Part shown: piece after piece, positions 25,431-38,343 of the stretch
Position numbering within the stretch: the stretch's first letter is position 1
Layout of the letters: every line of letters starts with the position of its first letter
From: Phoronis australis
Lineage: Eukaryota > Animalia > Phoronida
Assembly (NCBI GenBank): GCA_002633005.1
Contig: NMRA01000161.1
Coordinates: forward strand, 135,102-180,206
Length of the DNA: 45,105 nt
Reading direction: 5' to 3'
Position numbers and translations under genes: made by a program
Notes under the pieces: generated by a model
Seen by the model: the letters and a program-made list of their open reading frames with translations, nothing else
What the model was told of the DNA's origin: nothing
The model's database searches: none

Positions 25431-27452
25431 GGCTTGTTGGCGACAGGGAGAGAACCAGTTAGGTTTCGGTAATTTTGACTTGATAGTGTCTGGGCGTAGA
25501 GGTTAAATGTTCACATGCACTGAATTTGTGGCGAAAATTGGCTGTTATATTCCCTTTCTTCGGTGTAAAACACTACTTTAGTTTCCTTTTGTGGTTCCCG
25601 ATTAACGGTTTATTGATGAGCTCATTTTCAGATTGCATTTTTATATCATGGTGCTAAAAATGTCGTTAAAAATGTTCTCATATTCACATAAGTACCTAGT
25701 CTACAGTATTGTTGGCTGGAAGCTGTGTCTCATTTTGTCGAAATTCGCTAATCCTCTGATCACCTGTAATTTACCGAATCAAGTTGTGTATAGTGAATAT
25801 GAGCACTTACCTACAACGTGATGCCGTTTTTAACATAGGCTCCGAAATCATGAAATAGAAGAGGCCAAGACTGAACAAATAAGTGTAGAGACATTTGAAT
25901 CCCGTCGCCTCTACTAAAAGGTTGAACTTCCTCCCCCAACGTTCACTAGGAGTGACCCACTGAAGAAAAAAAGTTGCTCATTTTGGTACTATACAACTGT
26001 ATATTTTTTCAGTTTGTCCTGACTGTGAAGCTCCCTTTCGCTTGTGACATTTTCTAATAATATATCTATCATTATTTTAACGAGAACAAAAATAACAAAA
26101 TAGAACCAAATCCTTAACGTAGATGTAGGAGCGTTGCATGAAAAGGTACATGTATCTGTTCATTGTAGTAAAGCTTAAACTCGACGTAAGAATGAAGATG
26201 GAATGCCAGAAGAAAGGGCAGTTAGTGTTGTCACTGACACACAGGCGAAGAAAACTTAGGGAACACCCTTGTGTCCCTATTACGTACAACTGTTGCCCTG
26301 TTGCCACAGTTCTCTTTCTGTACGAATTGTTATGGTTATATGAAACCAAAAATAGAGGTATTGCAACTTGCAATAGTGCACATGGACATAAAGTGGAAGC
26401 AGCAAGACTTTTAAACCACTTTTTGTTAATATCATAGTACTTTTGTAAGTGAATTGAGTCTAAGTCCTAAAAGCATAAATCGCTTAAAAGTATTCGACAC
26501 TTGTTATGAAATTTTCATTTGATAAAATTTTCCGTTGGGTCAACTAGTGTTTTTCTTTGAATAAAAATGGCTTGAAAAAAATAAGAAAAACTAAGGTCAA
26601 TAACATCGGCAGTTTAGTCAGAGTCGTATTAACAGCAACCTTGACCTTCCTCTCTTAATATCATTAGTAAAAATCCTTGACCGCTCCGTTTGTTTTGGTA
26701 ACTTACCCAATTAAGGCTGACGTCATACAATTATGATCGTTGTAATGTTAAGCTAAACACTAATTCTACACCTATTATCTTTAAAATGGTTATGTTATGG
26801 GAATGGACGAATTTTGAAATAGTTTGCAATTTGAACATAGACTCCATCATTACGGGAGTACGGACCATTGCCATTAAAAATGCCTTCTCTTAAAATGTCA
26901 TCATGGCAAAAATGATCCGAGCAGTTTCATTAACAGTGAAATGAAGAATTGAAATGTTGCAGTTTAATCTGACATTTACACGATGTCACGGTAAATAACA
27001 GGTGAAGCAAACTGATTGGGTTTCATTTACATCTTGAACTGAGCTGAGCATGTCATGAAATCCTGATATTAGTACATGTTGGCGTGTCGCCCTCTAACTC
27101 ACGTCTCCTCTCTCACATCTGATCCTAGTTATCAAACAGAATCGGTCGTTGGTGCTCATAAACATCTCAAGTGCAGACTTTGCACAACATTGTGTGTAAA
27201 AAATTAGTTTATGATATCAGATATAAGCCTCTTATCCATAGTTCAGACATCGTTTATAGATTCTAATCGATTGCAAATCCCAGGCCTGGTAACCGCTTAC
27301 GTCTCCTATTGACCTCACAGGAATGCAGGTCGGTCACTCACGTTGGGGAAACGGGACATGTTGGAAGATGGAAGAGTATGCACGCTTTATCTTTGTGTAC
27401 TCACTGTGTGAACAAACGGTGAGACGTCTTTGTTTGACTTTACATTCCTTAT

Positions 27453-27660
27453 CATGCGCGGACCCGGCCGTAAAAATGGGGGATCGAATTTTTTAGAATG
27501 TGGACCTTTTATTGTACCACGGGGTACGTTCAGAGCTGTGAATTGTGCATTCACCGAATTTTGGCAGTTCCTGCATTTACCTTAGTAGTTTTTGTTTCAC
27601 AGAGGCGGTCTTTCTTGCCCCCGTTCGAGCCCCCCCCCCCCGGCCCGGGGTACCCGCATG
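27453..27660. mobile_element. 208-bp MITE with imperfect TIRs and 5-bp TSD
   Basis: CATGCGCGGACCCGG ... CCGGGGTACCCGCATG, with CTTAT at 27448-27452 and 27661-27665, and subterminal G and C runs. Confidence 0.75.
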
Positions 27661-27962
27661 CTTATGCCAAGACCAAGTAGGGCACAGTCTTATTACTGCA
27701 TTTCGCAAAAAAAGAGAAGTTGGAATCAACAAACGTTCCGTGAAGTTTACCGACCGCCCATGTTTTTATCTTAAAATCATCCTGTTCAAACTTAGGATTA
27801 AATGTTGAAAATGGGATTTCCATGTAAATGAAATATTTGAACATATTCTAATGTCAATACAGGGCTGTGGATGGATTTTTCCAAATAATTAGTCACACGT
27901 TCTTTACTATGCGATCGTGTTCTAATGTGATGGCTTAAAGCAAATGCTGCAGTGTTCCTTTC

Positions 27963-28335
27963 TATGATATTCCAAATAGTTCTTAAACGAGTACATTTCT
28001 ACGCGCTGAAATATGCTTAGTCTACGGGTACTTTTGTTTAATCTACGTATCTTTGTGCTTAATTTACAAGTGTTATTGCCTAATCTTCGCGTACTTTAAG
28101 TTACGCTTACTTTTGTTTAATCTACGCGTACTTTTACTAATCTGCGCGTATATTTAGTTCTTAAACGATCTCAGTTCGTTCTGCTATTCATAAACTAATT
28201 TAAGAGCACGCGCGTTATTGGACTACACGAACTGGTTAAACGTACGCGTAGATTCAGCAAAGGTATGCGTAGATTAAGCACATTTCTACACGCAGAAACT
28301 GAGATACTCGTTTAAGAGCCCTTTGGCGCTTCATA
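27963..28335. mobile_element. Foldback-type MITE with TIRs and inverted subterminal ~21-bp repeats
   Basis: Perfect 13-bp core TCTTAAACGAGTA/TACTCGTTTAAGA within TATGA..CCAAA/TTTGG..TCATA ends. TAATCTACGCGTACTTTT-like units are tandem on the left and inverted on the right. Confidence 0.75.
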
Positions 28336-29334
28336 CCCTTCATTGGTGTATGACGTCTCAACAAACGTTACTCCCGCTACTTTTCAGACCGGGTTAGTTG
28401 TAAAAGTTCTAATGCGATAAGCTAAATTGAAAAGCTCAGTCAAGATTACGCAATGCCCTTGCAAAAGACGATTAGATTTCCCGTAATCAATACACGAATG
28501 CCAAGTTTGCCTGTTTTCATGATATGACAGCCCCGGCCGTTGTTCACTACCATTTAGTGTCGACACTATAGCACATTTCCTAACTAATTCCGCCGTAATA
28601 AAGTAAGTAGTCGACCAAATTGAAGAGTAAGGAACTAAAATTGTAATAAGCTACTGGGTGTGTCTTCGCAACATTGAAAATTCTCACGAATAGCATGTTC
28701 ATAGAGAAAGCCAAACGGCGGATTTGCCGATTTAAGCTTAATTGTCACGCAAAGTTGTCTCCCATTATTGCCATAACAACGGTAAGTAATCTAACAACGC
28801 GCGTAATAGGCTCATTTCCTCCTATATGGCACCGTTCAAACGATTTTTCCCTGCATAGAAACGCGAGTAATTACAAGGAAGGGGCACAAGGTTATCTTGT
28901 GCTAATATTTGCCGGTCTTTTATTTCAAATATGCGTGATTTTGTGTCTGATCAACCAGTCATAACTTGAGCATCGCGTGTTTCTAACGAATAGGCCGAAT
29001 AAAGAAATAGAGTAAAGAATTGGTAAGTTACGAAACTGCAGTCGAACACTGATTTAACTTTTGATTCACAGTGTATTACTTTTGGAGTTAAAATTTTCAA
29101 AACTGTCGAATTTCTTTTGCCAACCAAATACCAGAAAAACGTGTGATTTATATTCACTTCACGAGGTCCTGATTTTATTGACAAAATAAATCAGATTCGC
29201 GTCCTAGCTATTACGCCGCGAGACAAGTCTGATGACCACGTTGTGTACTGTCGGCGCCGCCTGAAATAAGCGACGAGTGCCTAAATGTTCCCACCATGAC
29301 CCTGTGGTTGAAAAAAAATGTTAATACATCTTAA

Positions 29335-30682
29335 GAGCTAGCCTTTAGTATACCTGTTGCTAAGAAACAAGTCAAAAATTAAAAAAAATATTACTTTTCT
29401 GTTATCGAGGTTGTATGTATTGGGTGGAAGACCGTTGTTTTTATCAGTGTGATACTAAGGCGTTGTTAGGATGGTCCGCGGAGGGCCGCCTTTTTCAGAC
29501 ATGAAAAGGTGCGTTTGTGGAGGCTGTATTAACAGCGACTTGCATGAGAACGCCTGTGGTGTTCAAATTTCCTAATAGAAATGGCATCGGTTTGTGAGCT
29601 GCACGAGAGTGCGGGATGTTAGTGTGGAACATGTGATTCAGTCGTGAGCCACAGTTTGTTCGGAACATTTCAAGGGATCGTGTTTCTACCAAACACAAAG
29701 GTGGTGTTACGATGAAGGTCTCGCCATCTTGAAAGTGTATTTGCAAATTTTATAAATAACGAAGAAACTGCCAGCATTCTATGGCGATGATGCCAGGCTC
29801 TTGACCACGAGACAGATCGAGCGGCTACGACACGTAGGCGTATGCATTGTGTTCAGACCGTGATCATTCCATCGTGGCAATAGAATGACCCAGGTTTACT
29901 GTGGCCTTTGTCATCAGTGATTATTAAGTGTCTATTTTGTGAATATTGACCACCCTTGGTTCAGTTTGTTTAGGCTCACATATGTCTGCACCAAGTTCTT
30001 GTGAAACTGGGTCCAGTTCATACGGCCTCAAAGCCCACGAAAGTTCGCAAAGTGGGAAATCGAATTCATTGTCTGATTCTTCAAGTACTTGAGTGTGATG
30101 CCCGTATACACTCTCCTCTCTGTCTGCATAATAATTAGTGTCCAGTTCTCGCTCAAAATCGTCCTCATCTGTTCTGATCTGCTGTGTCCTGCCATTGGAA
30201 TTGATTTCCAAGTGACCAAATGTCTTCCACTCACTACATCATTTGGAGGTAAACTTAGAAATAACTAATTTTTCTTCCACAAAATTACTATTTGGCATCA
30301 AAAGTGCTTATTAATTGAGAAATTATGTATGTTCTTTTTTACATTTTAACTAAAGGAAACCTCGACTAAAAACTAAGAAAATGCCTGTGGAAACTCTTCA
30401 AATTCGCGTTTTTCCACACAGTTTTGATGTATCGAAAATCCTGGAACGGTATTTGCATAGAATCGTTGTTATAATTTACTACTGTACGTCTCCGAGTACA
30501 CGATCAGAAAATAGTGCATATGCACTCAGTGACGTACATGTAAGCGAGATTTACTTACAAATATGTTACTTATGAAGAAATTTTCTTAAAAATCTTACTC
30601 TGCATGTTAACATTTCCACAACTAGCAAATCTGACATTTGTAATCGTCCTCTAAGTGTTTAGCACACGTACACAGCTAGGTC
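29335..30682 (-). mobile_element. Candidate decayed Kolobok-like DNA transposon
   Basis: TTAA|GAGCTAGC ... GCTAGGTC|TTAG. Contains acidic ORF 29924-30211 with a PYELDP motif. Confidence 0.33.
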
Positions 30683-31736
30683 TTAGAAAACGAAATTAAA
30701 AAATGAGGTGTAATTTAAGAAGTTGTGGCGCGCGAATTTCGAAACAAATCGAGGTGTTTATTCAATTTTGTTATCCTGTCGATTTAAAATACTAGTCGAT
30801 AGTAGAGTTTGAGCACTACGGCATCAGACTAGGTGAAGACTGGGTTTCTGCGTCTACTCCCACTTTGTTAGAACATAATGCAAGCCTTATGATTAGAAAA
30901 ATATACCGATAACGTACATGGGTATTTTGAAACTACAATCCTGCATCGTACTGGCGTTTGACCTATTCATTTTTTAGATGATAATCGTCGAAATACATTG
31001 TTGTGCAAGTGCTTCGGCCATTTGTTTGCACACCTAAGGAAAATTGAAAATATTATTTCCGGCCTCCAGTTTAGATGTGCAAAACAGAAATCAAAACAAG
31101 GACCGCTCTTTACCCTGTCAATGCAAAACCGTTCTTAAACCGCCTTTTCTATGATGGTACTTTATTTTCGTGGCGAGGAGGAACGCATAGTGCATTTACG
31201 AGTAAAACACGCTTAAGAAAATCTAACGATAGCCAACATTTCTAGGTTTTCTGAGCACTGGTACCTATCGATGTATTCGAATGTTATAACCGATACTGTC
31301 ATGGCAAGAAATTTCAGTTTAATTGATTAACATGTTTTACTTTATGTCTATTAAGCTGAAAGTCGATGGGAAGCCCGGCTTTAACATTTATAATTAATTA
31401 TTTTGCCGTCAATATTCAAATGCATGTGCCTTAAACTTGTATTCAACATTGTTTATTATGCCAGCTACATAAATATCAACTTCAAACCCTCTGAATGAAG
31501 TGAAAATTGCATAATGGTTAGAAAGGGGAGAATTATAGTAGAGCTCTTCCGTGGGCTATGCACATACACATAGGGAATTCTTCCAGAAACATTATCAAAC
31601 ATAGCCTTGTTCAAAGAGGGCGCTGCTCTACATACTTGTAGAAGTAGGATCGCTTTCTGTAGAATGAATTTCTTGCAAAAATTTCCGAATGAAGAATTCT
31701 GTATCAAAAAACCGCCACTGAAGTGACTGGTCAGCC

Positions 31737-31780
31737 AGGCCGGTATGATGAATATTGAGGCCGGTATGTTGAATATTGAG
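31737..31780. repeat. 21-bp tandem duplication
   Basis: AGGCCGGTATG(A/T)TGAATATTG twice. Confidence 0.85.
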
Positions 31781-31943
31781 AGAAAATTCACCGTATCCTT
31801 TCCAATGTAAATGATTAGCGACGGAACGCACTCCTGGTGACTTTCAGAGTTTGGACAATAAAATGAACACTTTAAATTCTTCTTTTACTTTCATTTGGTC
31901 ACTCATGTATAAAACATTACTTCTCTTTTTATCCATTGCAGGA

Positions 31944-32128
31944 ATGGTGAGAAAAGGTCACTAGACGGCGTCACAAATTTTTTTACACACTGTTCACGGG
32001 AGAGGAATCGATGTAGACTTTTGTGACGAGTTAGGGATGTAGTCAACATGTCTTACATTGTTCTGCGTGATTTTCGTCCCCCGAAGATCAACATGGAGTT
32101 AAATACAGCAGACAAGGTTGAATGCTGA
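31944..32128 (+). promoter_or_regulatory. Cluster of upstream ORFs in the putative 5' UTR
   Basis: uORF 31944-31964; ATGTAG at 32011 and 32037; uORF 32048-32128 with an internal ATG at 32093. Confidence 0.5.
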
Positions 32129-32141
32129 GAGCGACGTCAAC

Positions 32142-33263
32142 ATGCCTCATCAAATAGTAATGCGCGCCGGCGAGGCCGAGCGGTCTCATGAAGTTATATC
32201 AGCGAATCAGAAGGAAGAAGCTGTTCTCGTGCGTGAGTTACGCTGCCTTAAAAAAGCTCAGGACACCGCCTCGAGACAAATAACGATAGACCAGCGCATC
32301 TTGCTGACGAAATTTCAAAAGAAGCTAAGACAATCGCAGTTGGCCCACGCTAGACTGATGAACAACAAGACTTTAGAACGCGATCTGCTTCAAAAGACGA
32401 ACCAAGAAAAAACTATGGGCATAAGCGAAGACGAGGAGTTGGAATACCAGAAAACGTTACACAGGCGCGCGCACTGTTTACCGGACCTACGCTACAAATT
32501 GTTTTATAAAAGGAGAGACACTGCAAGTTCGGCAACAAGGTCCGCTGCTTTCAAACCAAGTGTCGAGTCTCATCCGTTTAGCGGTAAATCAGCTGGGCCC
32601 CACAAACACCAACGACGACCTTTCACAACTTTACTCTGTCAAGGTTACGTGGGGTATTTGTCCGACGAAGACGAAGAGGTACTGAGTCGCGTAGCTTGTT
32701 CCAACAGGATAAGCAGTAGAAGACACACAGAAACTAGTAGTACTGAATCGTCAAAGCATGTTCAAAGTGAGAAACAAAGGCCTTCTGTTCGCCCTCAGAC
32801 GTGTATGCCGTCCGTTCAATCTGCAGACAAGTCTTTTCAACGCATTTACTTCACCGAGGAATCTGAAGATCCTGCAAACGAGGACGAGTTCTTTCCGTTT
32901 CCCAAAAGTTCTGAAGCATTGACACTGGGCACGGAGACAGAGATGGGGACTAATTCCGATGACTGCAGGCGCTCTTCCAAGTCGAAACTGCGGTCATCAT
33001 CTAGTAAGAAAACCAATGGGGAACTGAATCTTGCTGATCTGCTGTATAACACGAACAAACAAAAGTATTCGTTGCTGGAAGATCACAAAACACGTGTACA
33101 GTCAGCCAGACTCGACCAACGAATGAAAGTGTTTTGCGACAAGATTCAAGAAACTTCGGACAAGTGTAGTAATAATAATAGTAATGTTGACTTTTATGCA
33201 GAGAGGCTGAGATTGGCTTCTGCGAACAAGCCCACGAAGCGAAAATTTTTGTTCAAGAAATAA
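32142..33263 (+). CDS. Uncharacterised 373-aa protein; N-terminal coiled coil, disordered Ser/Glu/Lys-rich middle, helical basic C-terminus
   Basis: Longest ORF in the window. In-frame TAA at 32100; first ATG at 32142 in GTCAACATG context. Acceptor TTCTCTTTTTATCCATTGCAG ends at 31941; AATAAA at 33701. Confidence 0.8.
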   Translation: MPHQIVMRAGEAERSHEVISANQKEEAVLVRELRCLKKAQDTASRQITIDQRILLTKFQKKLRQSQLAHARLMNNKTLERDLLQKTNQEKTMGISEDEELEYQKTLHRRAHCLPDLRYKLFYKRRDTASSATRSAAFKPSVESHPFSGKSAGPHKHQRRPFTTLLCQGYVGYLSDEDEEVLSRVACSNRISSRRHTETSSTESSKHVQSEKQRPSVRPQTCMPSVQSADKSFQRIYFTEESEDPANEDEFFPFPKSSEALTLGTETEMGTNSDDCRRSSKSKLRSSSSKKTNGELNLADLLYNTNKQKYSLLEDHKTRVQSARLDQRMKVFCDKIQETSDKCSNNNSNVDFYAERLRLASANKPTKRKFLFKK

Positions 33264-35186
33264 GTGCTTTTGCGATCATTTTTGTTTAAAACGATGTCTC
33301 ACAAACATGATTACAAATGCATTACAACATTTACTGGTGTCACTGACTACAGGCCACATAACGTTAACCAGGCCTACGTCAAACAAGTTGGAAATCGTCA
33401 AATCGCTTGAACTGGTTACCGAGTATACTTAACATTTCAACTACATTTCATTCTGTTCATGACACATGAATATTTACGAATGTCTTTTTACAATGTGTGA
33501 TACCGGGTTTGCACATTGGAATATCTAAGGCTTTACAGTCACCAAGTTGAGAAGACTGAATATCACTAAAATACATAAATATTTCGTAACTTTCAGCACT
33601 ATTTGTGTTTGCTTGATTTGTTATGTTTTAAAGGTGGGTGGAGTTTCTTCGGAGACCTCATTACATACGTCAACATTTTAAGTGGTGGTTCGCCTCCAAA
33701 AATAAAAATTAAAGCAAAGAGATCATGCTAAATTCAATTAAGCTTAAAAGTATTTGGAGTTTAATAAGCACTATTTGGGCTTACGTTTCGACCGAAATAA
33801 CGCGTATTAAAACACAACTTGCAAAAACAATTTTATTAAAAATGAAGCGGGAATAGTATCATTAAGAAAAACAAGACCTTATCAATTATAATTACAGTCT
33901 CGCCGGACCAGCTAGTTCACTGTGACCGAAACCTACCTTCATGTATGTCGATTGGCTGCTCTGTCAATAACATAAGTATAAGAAAGCTTTGATGTACACT
34001 TGCCATTTGAAAACACATTTTCATTTCTTATTCCACGAATACTTGTTGTAAATACATATGTGTATGTTCCATAGCAATTGTGTACCTGGTAGACATGTTC
34101 AAATGTTAACTTTACTATTCTATCCACGTTTTTTAATTTGCTTACAGGTTTCGATGCACTGTGACGCCCTCTTGTGGCAAACATCAAGTCGCATGTATAC
34201 TTACTTTCAGTAAGATCATGAATTTATTTTATTCTGAAACGGAATTATTGCCATGGTAGATTAGTCAATTGTCCTCTGCAGCCGTCACGCATGCGTGTTG
34301 TCAGTGCAACCACACAGTTTGAGATGTTATTCTTGAATGACCAGGCCAGGTTGCAGTTTTTTTATTAAATGTACCCGTCACAGTAGCAAAGGCTGTCATA
34401 TCTCTGATTTTAACTGGCACACAATTCATTTAATTAAATCGTTATTGAAGGTATACTTAAATTACAGTATGGATATAGTCTAGTAGCCAGAAATGGATAC
34501 ATAGAAATGCTTGGTAGTAAAAGTTTTTTCGGCGGTTTCATGTCTAAGCATTTTAGCTGGGCTGTAATCTTGAAAACCTTGAGCATTTTTAAATATGCAA
34601 ATTAAATCCGCCATTATGCAAAATTTGGTTTTTGCCTGTACCCTCCATATCGATCAAGTATCCACCAATGTTCCCATGGTCAGTGAATGAAATAAAGCTA
34701 CTTGGAAGTGGATATATCGATGATTAGCATAAATTATGGGAATTGAGGAAACCAATACTAAAAAATCTACTTGCGGTTATAGTTGCGGTATCAGGCATTA
34801 CAGGTAAATCATATTGGTTTGCACCAATGATAAATTAGTTCAAAGACAGAAGTTTACAGGTTACTGCATAATAATTGCATGATTTGTGCAAATAAGGGAT
34901 GCCATTATTTAAAATTCTGTTTCTTTCTTGCAGGGCACTAGAAGGAAGATTATTTTGATAATTGGACACATGTTTTTGCGGTCAATGAGTATAATGGAAT
35001 CAGTTTGCAGGTCACTACGTCATGAATTTGCATAATTGATGTACATTTTGGCGACCAGGAGTAGTTGGTTACAGGTGTAGTACATGAAGGTTCATTAAGG
35101 TTCAGAATTAGACAAGTTTTGTGTGACGTGACCATCTGAAACAAGATATGAAATGATTTTCAGAAGTGTACTATAGTACGGAAATT

Positions 35187-35353
35187 TCTCTCTCTCTCTC
35201 TACCTTTCTCTCTCTGTCTTTCTGTCTCTGTCTCTGTCTCTGTCTCTCTCTCNNNNNNNNNNNNNNNNNNNNNNNNNNNNNNNNNNNNNNNNNNNNNNNN
35301 NNNNNNNNNNNNNNNNNNNNNNNNNNNNNNNNNNNNNNNNNNNNNNNNNNNNN

Positions 35354-35388
<35 letters not shown>
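35187..35388. repeat. (CT)n/(CTCTGT)n microsatellite spanning an N gap
   Basis: Directly visible on both sides of the N run. Confidence 0.95.
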
Positions 35389-35393
<5 letters not shown>

Positions 35394-37848
35394 TAACCTT
35401 AACAATTTTTAAAGACTTGCTTGGAAAATTTCCAAAGCCAACCACAATTACACAACGAGGCATATTTAAAGCACCCTTTTCTTTTTCATCAGTTTAGCAA
35501 ACGAAAGTTGCCCTCAAAAGTAACGATACTTGTGATAAAGAACACAATGCAGATGTCCTTGGTCATTCGGGCTGCCTTGCATCTTGTCAATTACTGTTCG
35601 TTGTTCGATGTGTCTTCGTTACAAATGTGAGTAGGCTGCTGTCTATCGGCCCCAACCTTCACAAAACAATCAAAACCAGGGTTAGAACTTAAAATTTAAG
35701 CTGGTATTTACCCCGTTTAACTGGCTCTCATATAAAGGTACCATAATGTAACAAGAAACTGTATCATACATGGTATTTCAGAGGCATGGTTAACCGTTGC
35801 TTTACTAAAAGTTTGTGTAGTTCATATCGTTTATCAAAACGCTCCACTGTTTACCTTACCTGGTAGGGTCCTAGCGCCTCGTGGGGGGCTTATTTGACAT
35901 TGCGTTTGAACGCGAGTTTATAGTCAATTTCGTGGTTATGCGACGAGTGGGACGCTTCGTTCTCTGAATAGTTTGTGTATTTAGCGCCAAAGGGCAGAAA
36001 CACACCGAGGACCTAAAGTCGTGAACGTAAGCTCTAAGCCGGCTTGTAGGCGTACGCACCGATCTCTTTCAGTAACTGATTATGTGGTGTTGTAAACAGT
36101 CCGGATCACAAATGTTCACCTGTATTCGCAGTTAAAACTCGTTTTCAATCCATTGACAGAGCTTTTGCATGACATACATGTACATAAAAGCGCCGGCAAA
36201 ATTCTTTGAGGCCCTAAAACCGTGACCGTGTCGTCCTCTTTCTTGTAGACTTCTGTAATAAGTAAATGTTTTTGTGAACCGTTTCATTATTATTATGTGA
36301 TCCTGTTTGCTTACATTTTTCCCTGTTTCTGCATCAAGGGGTAAAAATACAGAGTAAAAATGCATACAGAATTTGTGTAAAAGTGCCCATAATTATTTTG
36401 TTTCGGATAGCGCAAATACGTAAAGTGACGTCTTTAGTGAGTCAGGGTACTTTAAACAACGGTAAGGGCCCAGCATAAAGTATCTGTCTGTGCTTATTTC
36501 CTTTGGCCTTACGTGTATTTTGATTAACTGTTTAAGCAACCCCTAGATTCCGTTTTATATCAAATCTAAACGATAGTTGGTTTCGATCATATGTTTTGAA
36601 AATGCGCAAAAACCAGCATTAGTAAAATATGCTGTTTTAAGTATTATTTTAGAGAAGAAAGTCTCAACTCACTGCTACGTGTCCTGATACTCTTTTGACA
36701 ATCATAAGCAGACGAACGCTGGACGTCGCGTGATCTCGCGCAAGCGGAAACGAGAAGATTCACGACGTCAGGACAGTGCCGATTTTAGGGCTCTGGATGG
36801 TACGATGTCAGTAAAATGCTATTAATGATGTGTCAAATTTGAGGTATTGCAGAGTCGCGAAATAATTGATGATCATTCGCTATGGCTTGAACCCAGAGGG
36901 GGGGGGGGGCTGGGGGGGGNTTTGTCGAATTGGGCAAAAACATCCACCTCAGTGAAACAAAAAGCCCGGGTAAACGAGACACATAGTCCACAAAATCCCA
37001 CGGGAAGTCAGCGCTGGGTGCGCGCATGATGATGGGCCATTTTATGCTGCGAGCACACGTCTCGAAGAACAAAAACGAAGTGTAAGTTCTCTGTAAACGC
37101 AGAACTCACTTCTCAGCGAACAAAATCGCATTATTGTTAGAGCGATAAGTTGTCCAACCAAATGTTCACTTGATTCGAAATGTTAACGAGGAGTTGTTAA
37201 GACCTTGTTAACCTCCATACATATTCTTTACGTTTCAATTTTGCGATAACTTCAGACCCGTAGTCATCACTGTGGTTCCAATTTTTAAAATGATGGATTT
37301 TGCAAACATCGACACTGTAGTTTTTGGTAAGGACCTTGATGCAGTTTAATTAGGTGGAGGGAGGACCGTATACACATCGGTGACTCACAGCTCTGTGTTT
37401 CTGAGAGGAGACGGAACTCTCCGTTCTATATTCCTGAGATGAGACGGAATTCACGTAATACCAGAAATGGGGATAACGTTACGGTTACTCGCAAAGAACG
37501 GGACTCAAAGTCGGATGTAATGTGATCCAGAAAGAGCACGTTCTCGCGTTACCTCCTGCCAAACTTTCAAATCAGGCGTGGTTAAATGAGTGATTGCACT
37601 TCATTACACGCCCACATGTTCAAAGAATATCGAAAATGAGTACGTACCTACATTTTCAAAAGACATTATCCATGAATTATCGACCACGATACCCTCATCA
37701 AATCCAAGTCAAGATTGTATTAGTTCACAGCAGAAAACCGTAAGCCAGGATACTAAAGTACTTTGTCTGGATTTCGTGCGCATACAAAATTGCCATCACG
37801 ATACACTAATCAAATCCATGACAAAGTTGCATGATTTCACACCGTGAA

Positions 37849-38343
37849 AGACTTGAAAGTTTACGGCTAATGCGCCTCAACCTCACTCACCGTAACCACA
37901 CGCACGGCCAGTTGGAAACTAAATATAGTTAGTACATGCAGGCTACCAGTCTTCACGAAGTCAGAGTCCCATTCAGTTTCCTTACTTTTAAAACCGCCGT
38001 TGATCGCTGCAGCCCTGACCCGTGCCCCAGATATTGTCCCTGGATTAAGAATAAGTCTTTAGTTGAATTCAAGAATCACGATTGGCAGTTAATTGNAGAC
38101 TTGAAAGTTTACGGCTAATGCGCCTCAACCTCACTCACCGTAACCACACGCACGGCCAGTTGGAAACTAAATATAGTTAGTACATCCAGGCTACCAGTCT
38201 TCACGAAGTCAGAGTCCCATTCAGTTTCCTTACTTTTAAAACCGCCGTTGATCGCTGCAGCCCTGACCCGTGCCCCAGATATTGTCCCTGGATTAAGAAT
38301 AAGTCTTTAGTTGAATTCAAGAATCACGATTGGCAGTTAATTG
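37849..38343. repeat. 247-bp tandem duplication joined by a single N (38096)
   Basis: 37849-38095 vs 38097-38343; one substitution seen. Confidence 0.93.

Noticed and set aside
23776-27424. Possible non-coding 5' exons of the 32142 gene (donor-like sites near 23783, 24897, 25469; exon-like 27321-27418)
   Set aside because: Splice-like words are common; not supportable without transcripts.
27963-28335. Repeat array as a possible CRISPR (also 38493-38620)
   Set aside because: Degenerate units, no unique spacers, no cas genes, eukaryotic context.
31465-31831. Minus-strand ORFs of 108 and 67 aa
   Set aside because: No recognisable domain; they contain a local 21-bp duplication and stops in adjoining sequence.
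32118-32141. TTG start given by the ORF track for the 381-aa ORF
   Set aside because: Eukaryotic gene; the first in-frame ATG is at 32142.
35160-35463. ER/SL-rich ORFs
   Set aside because: Translations of a CT microsatellite and an N gap.
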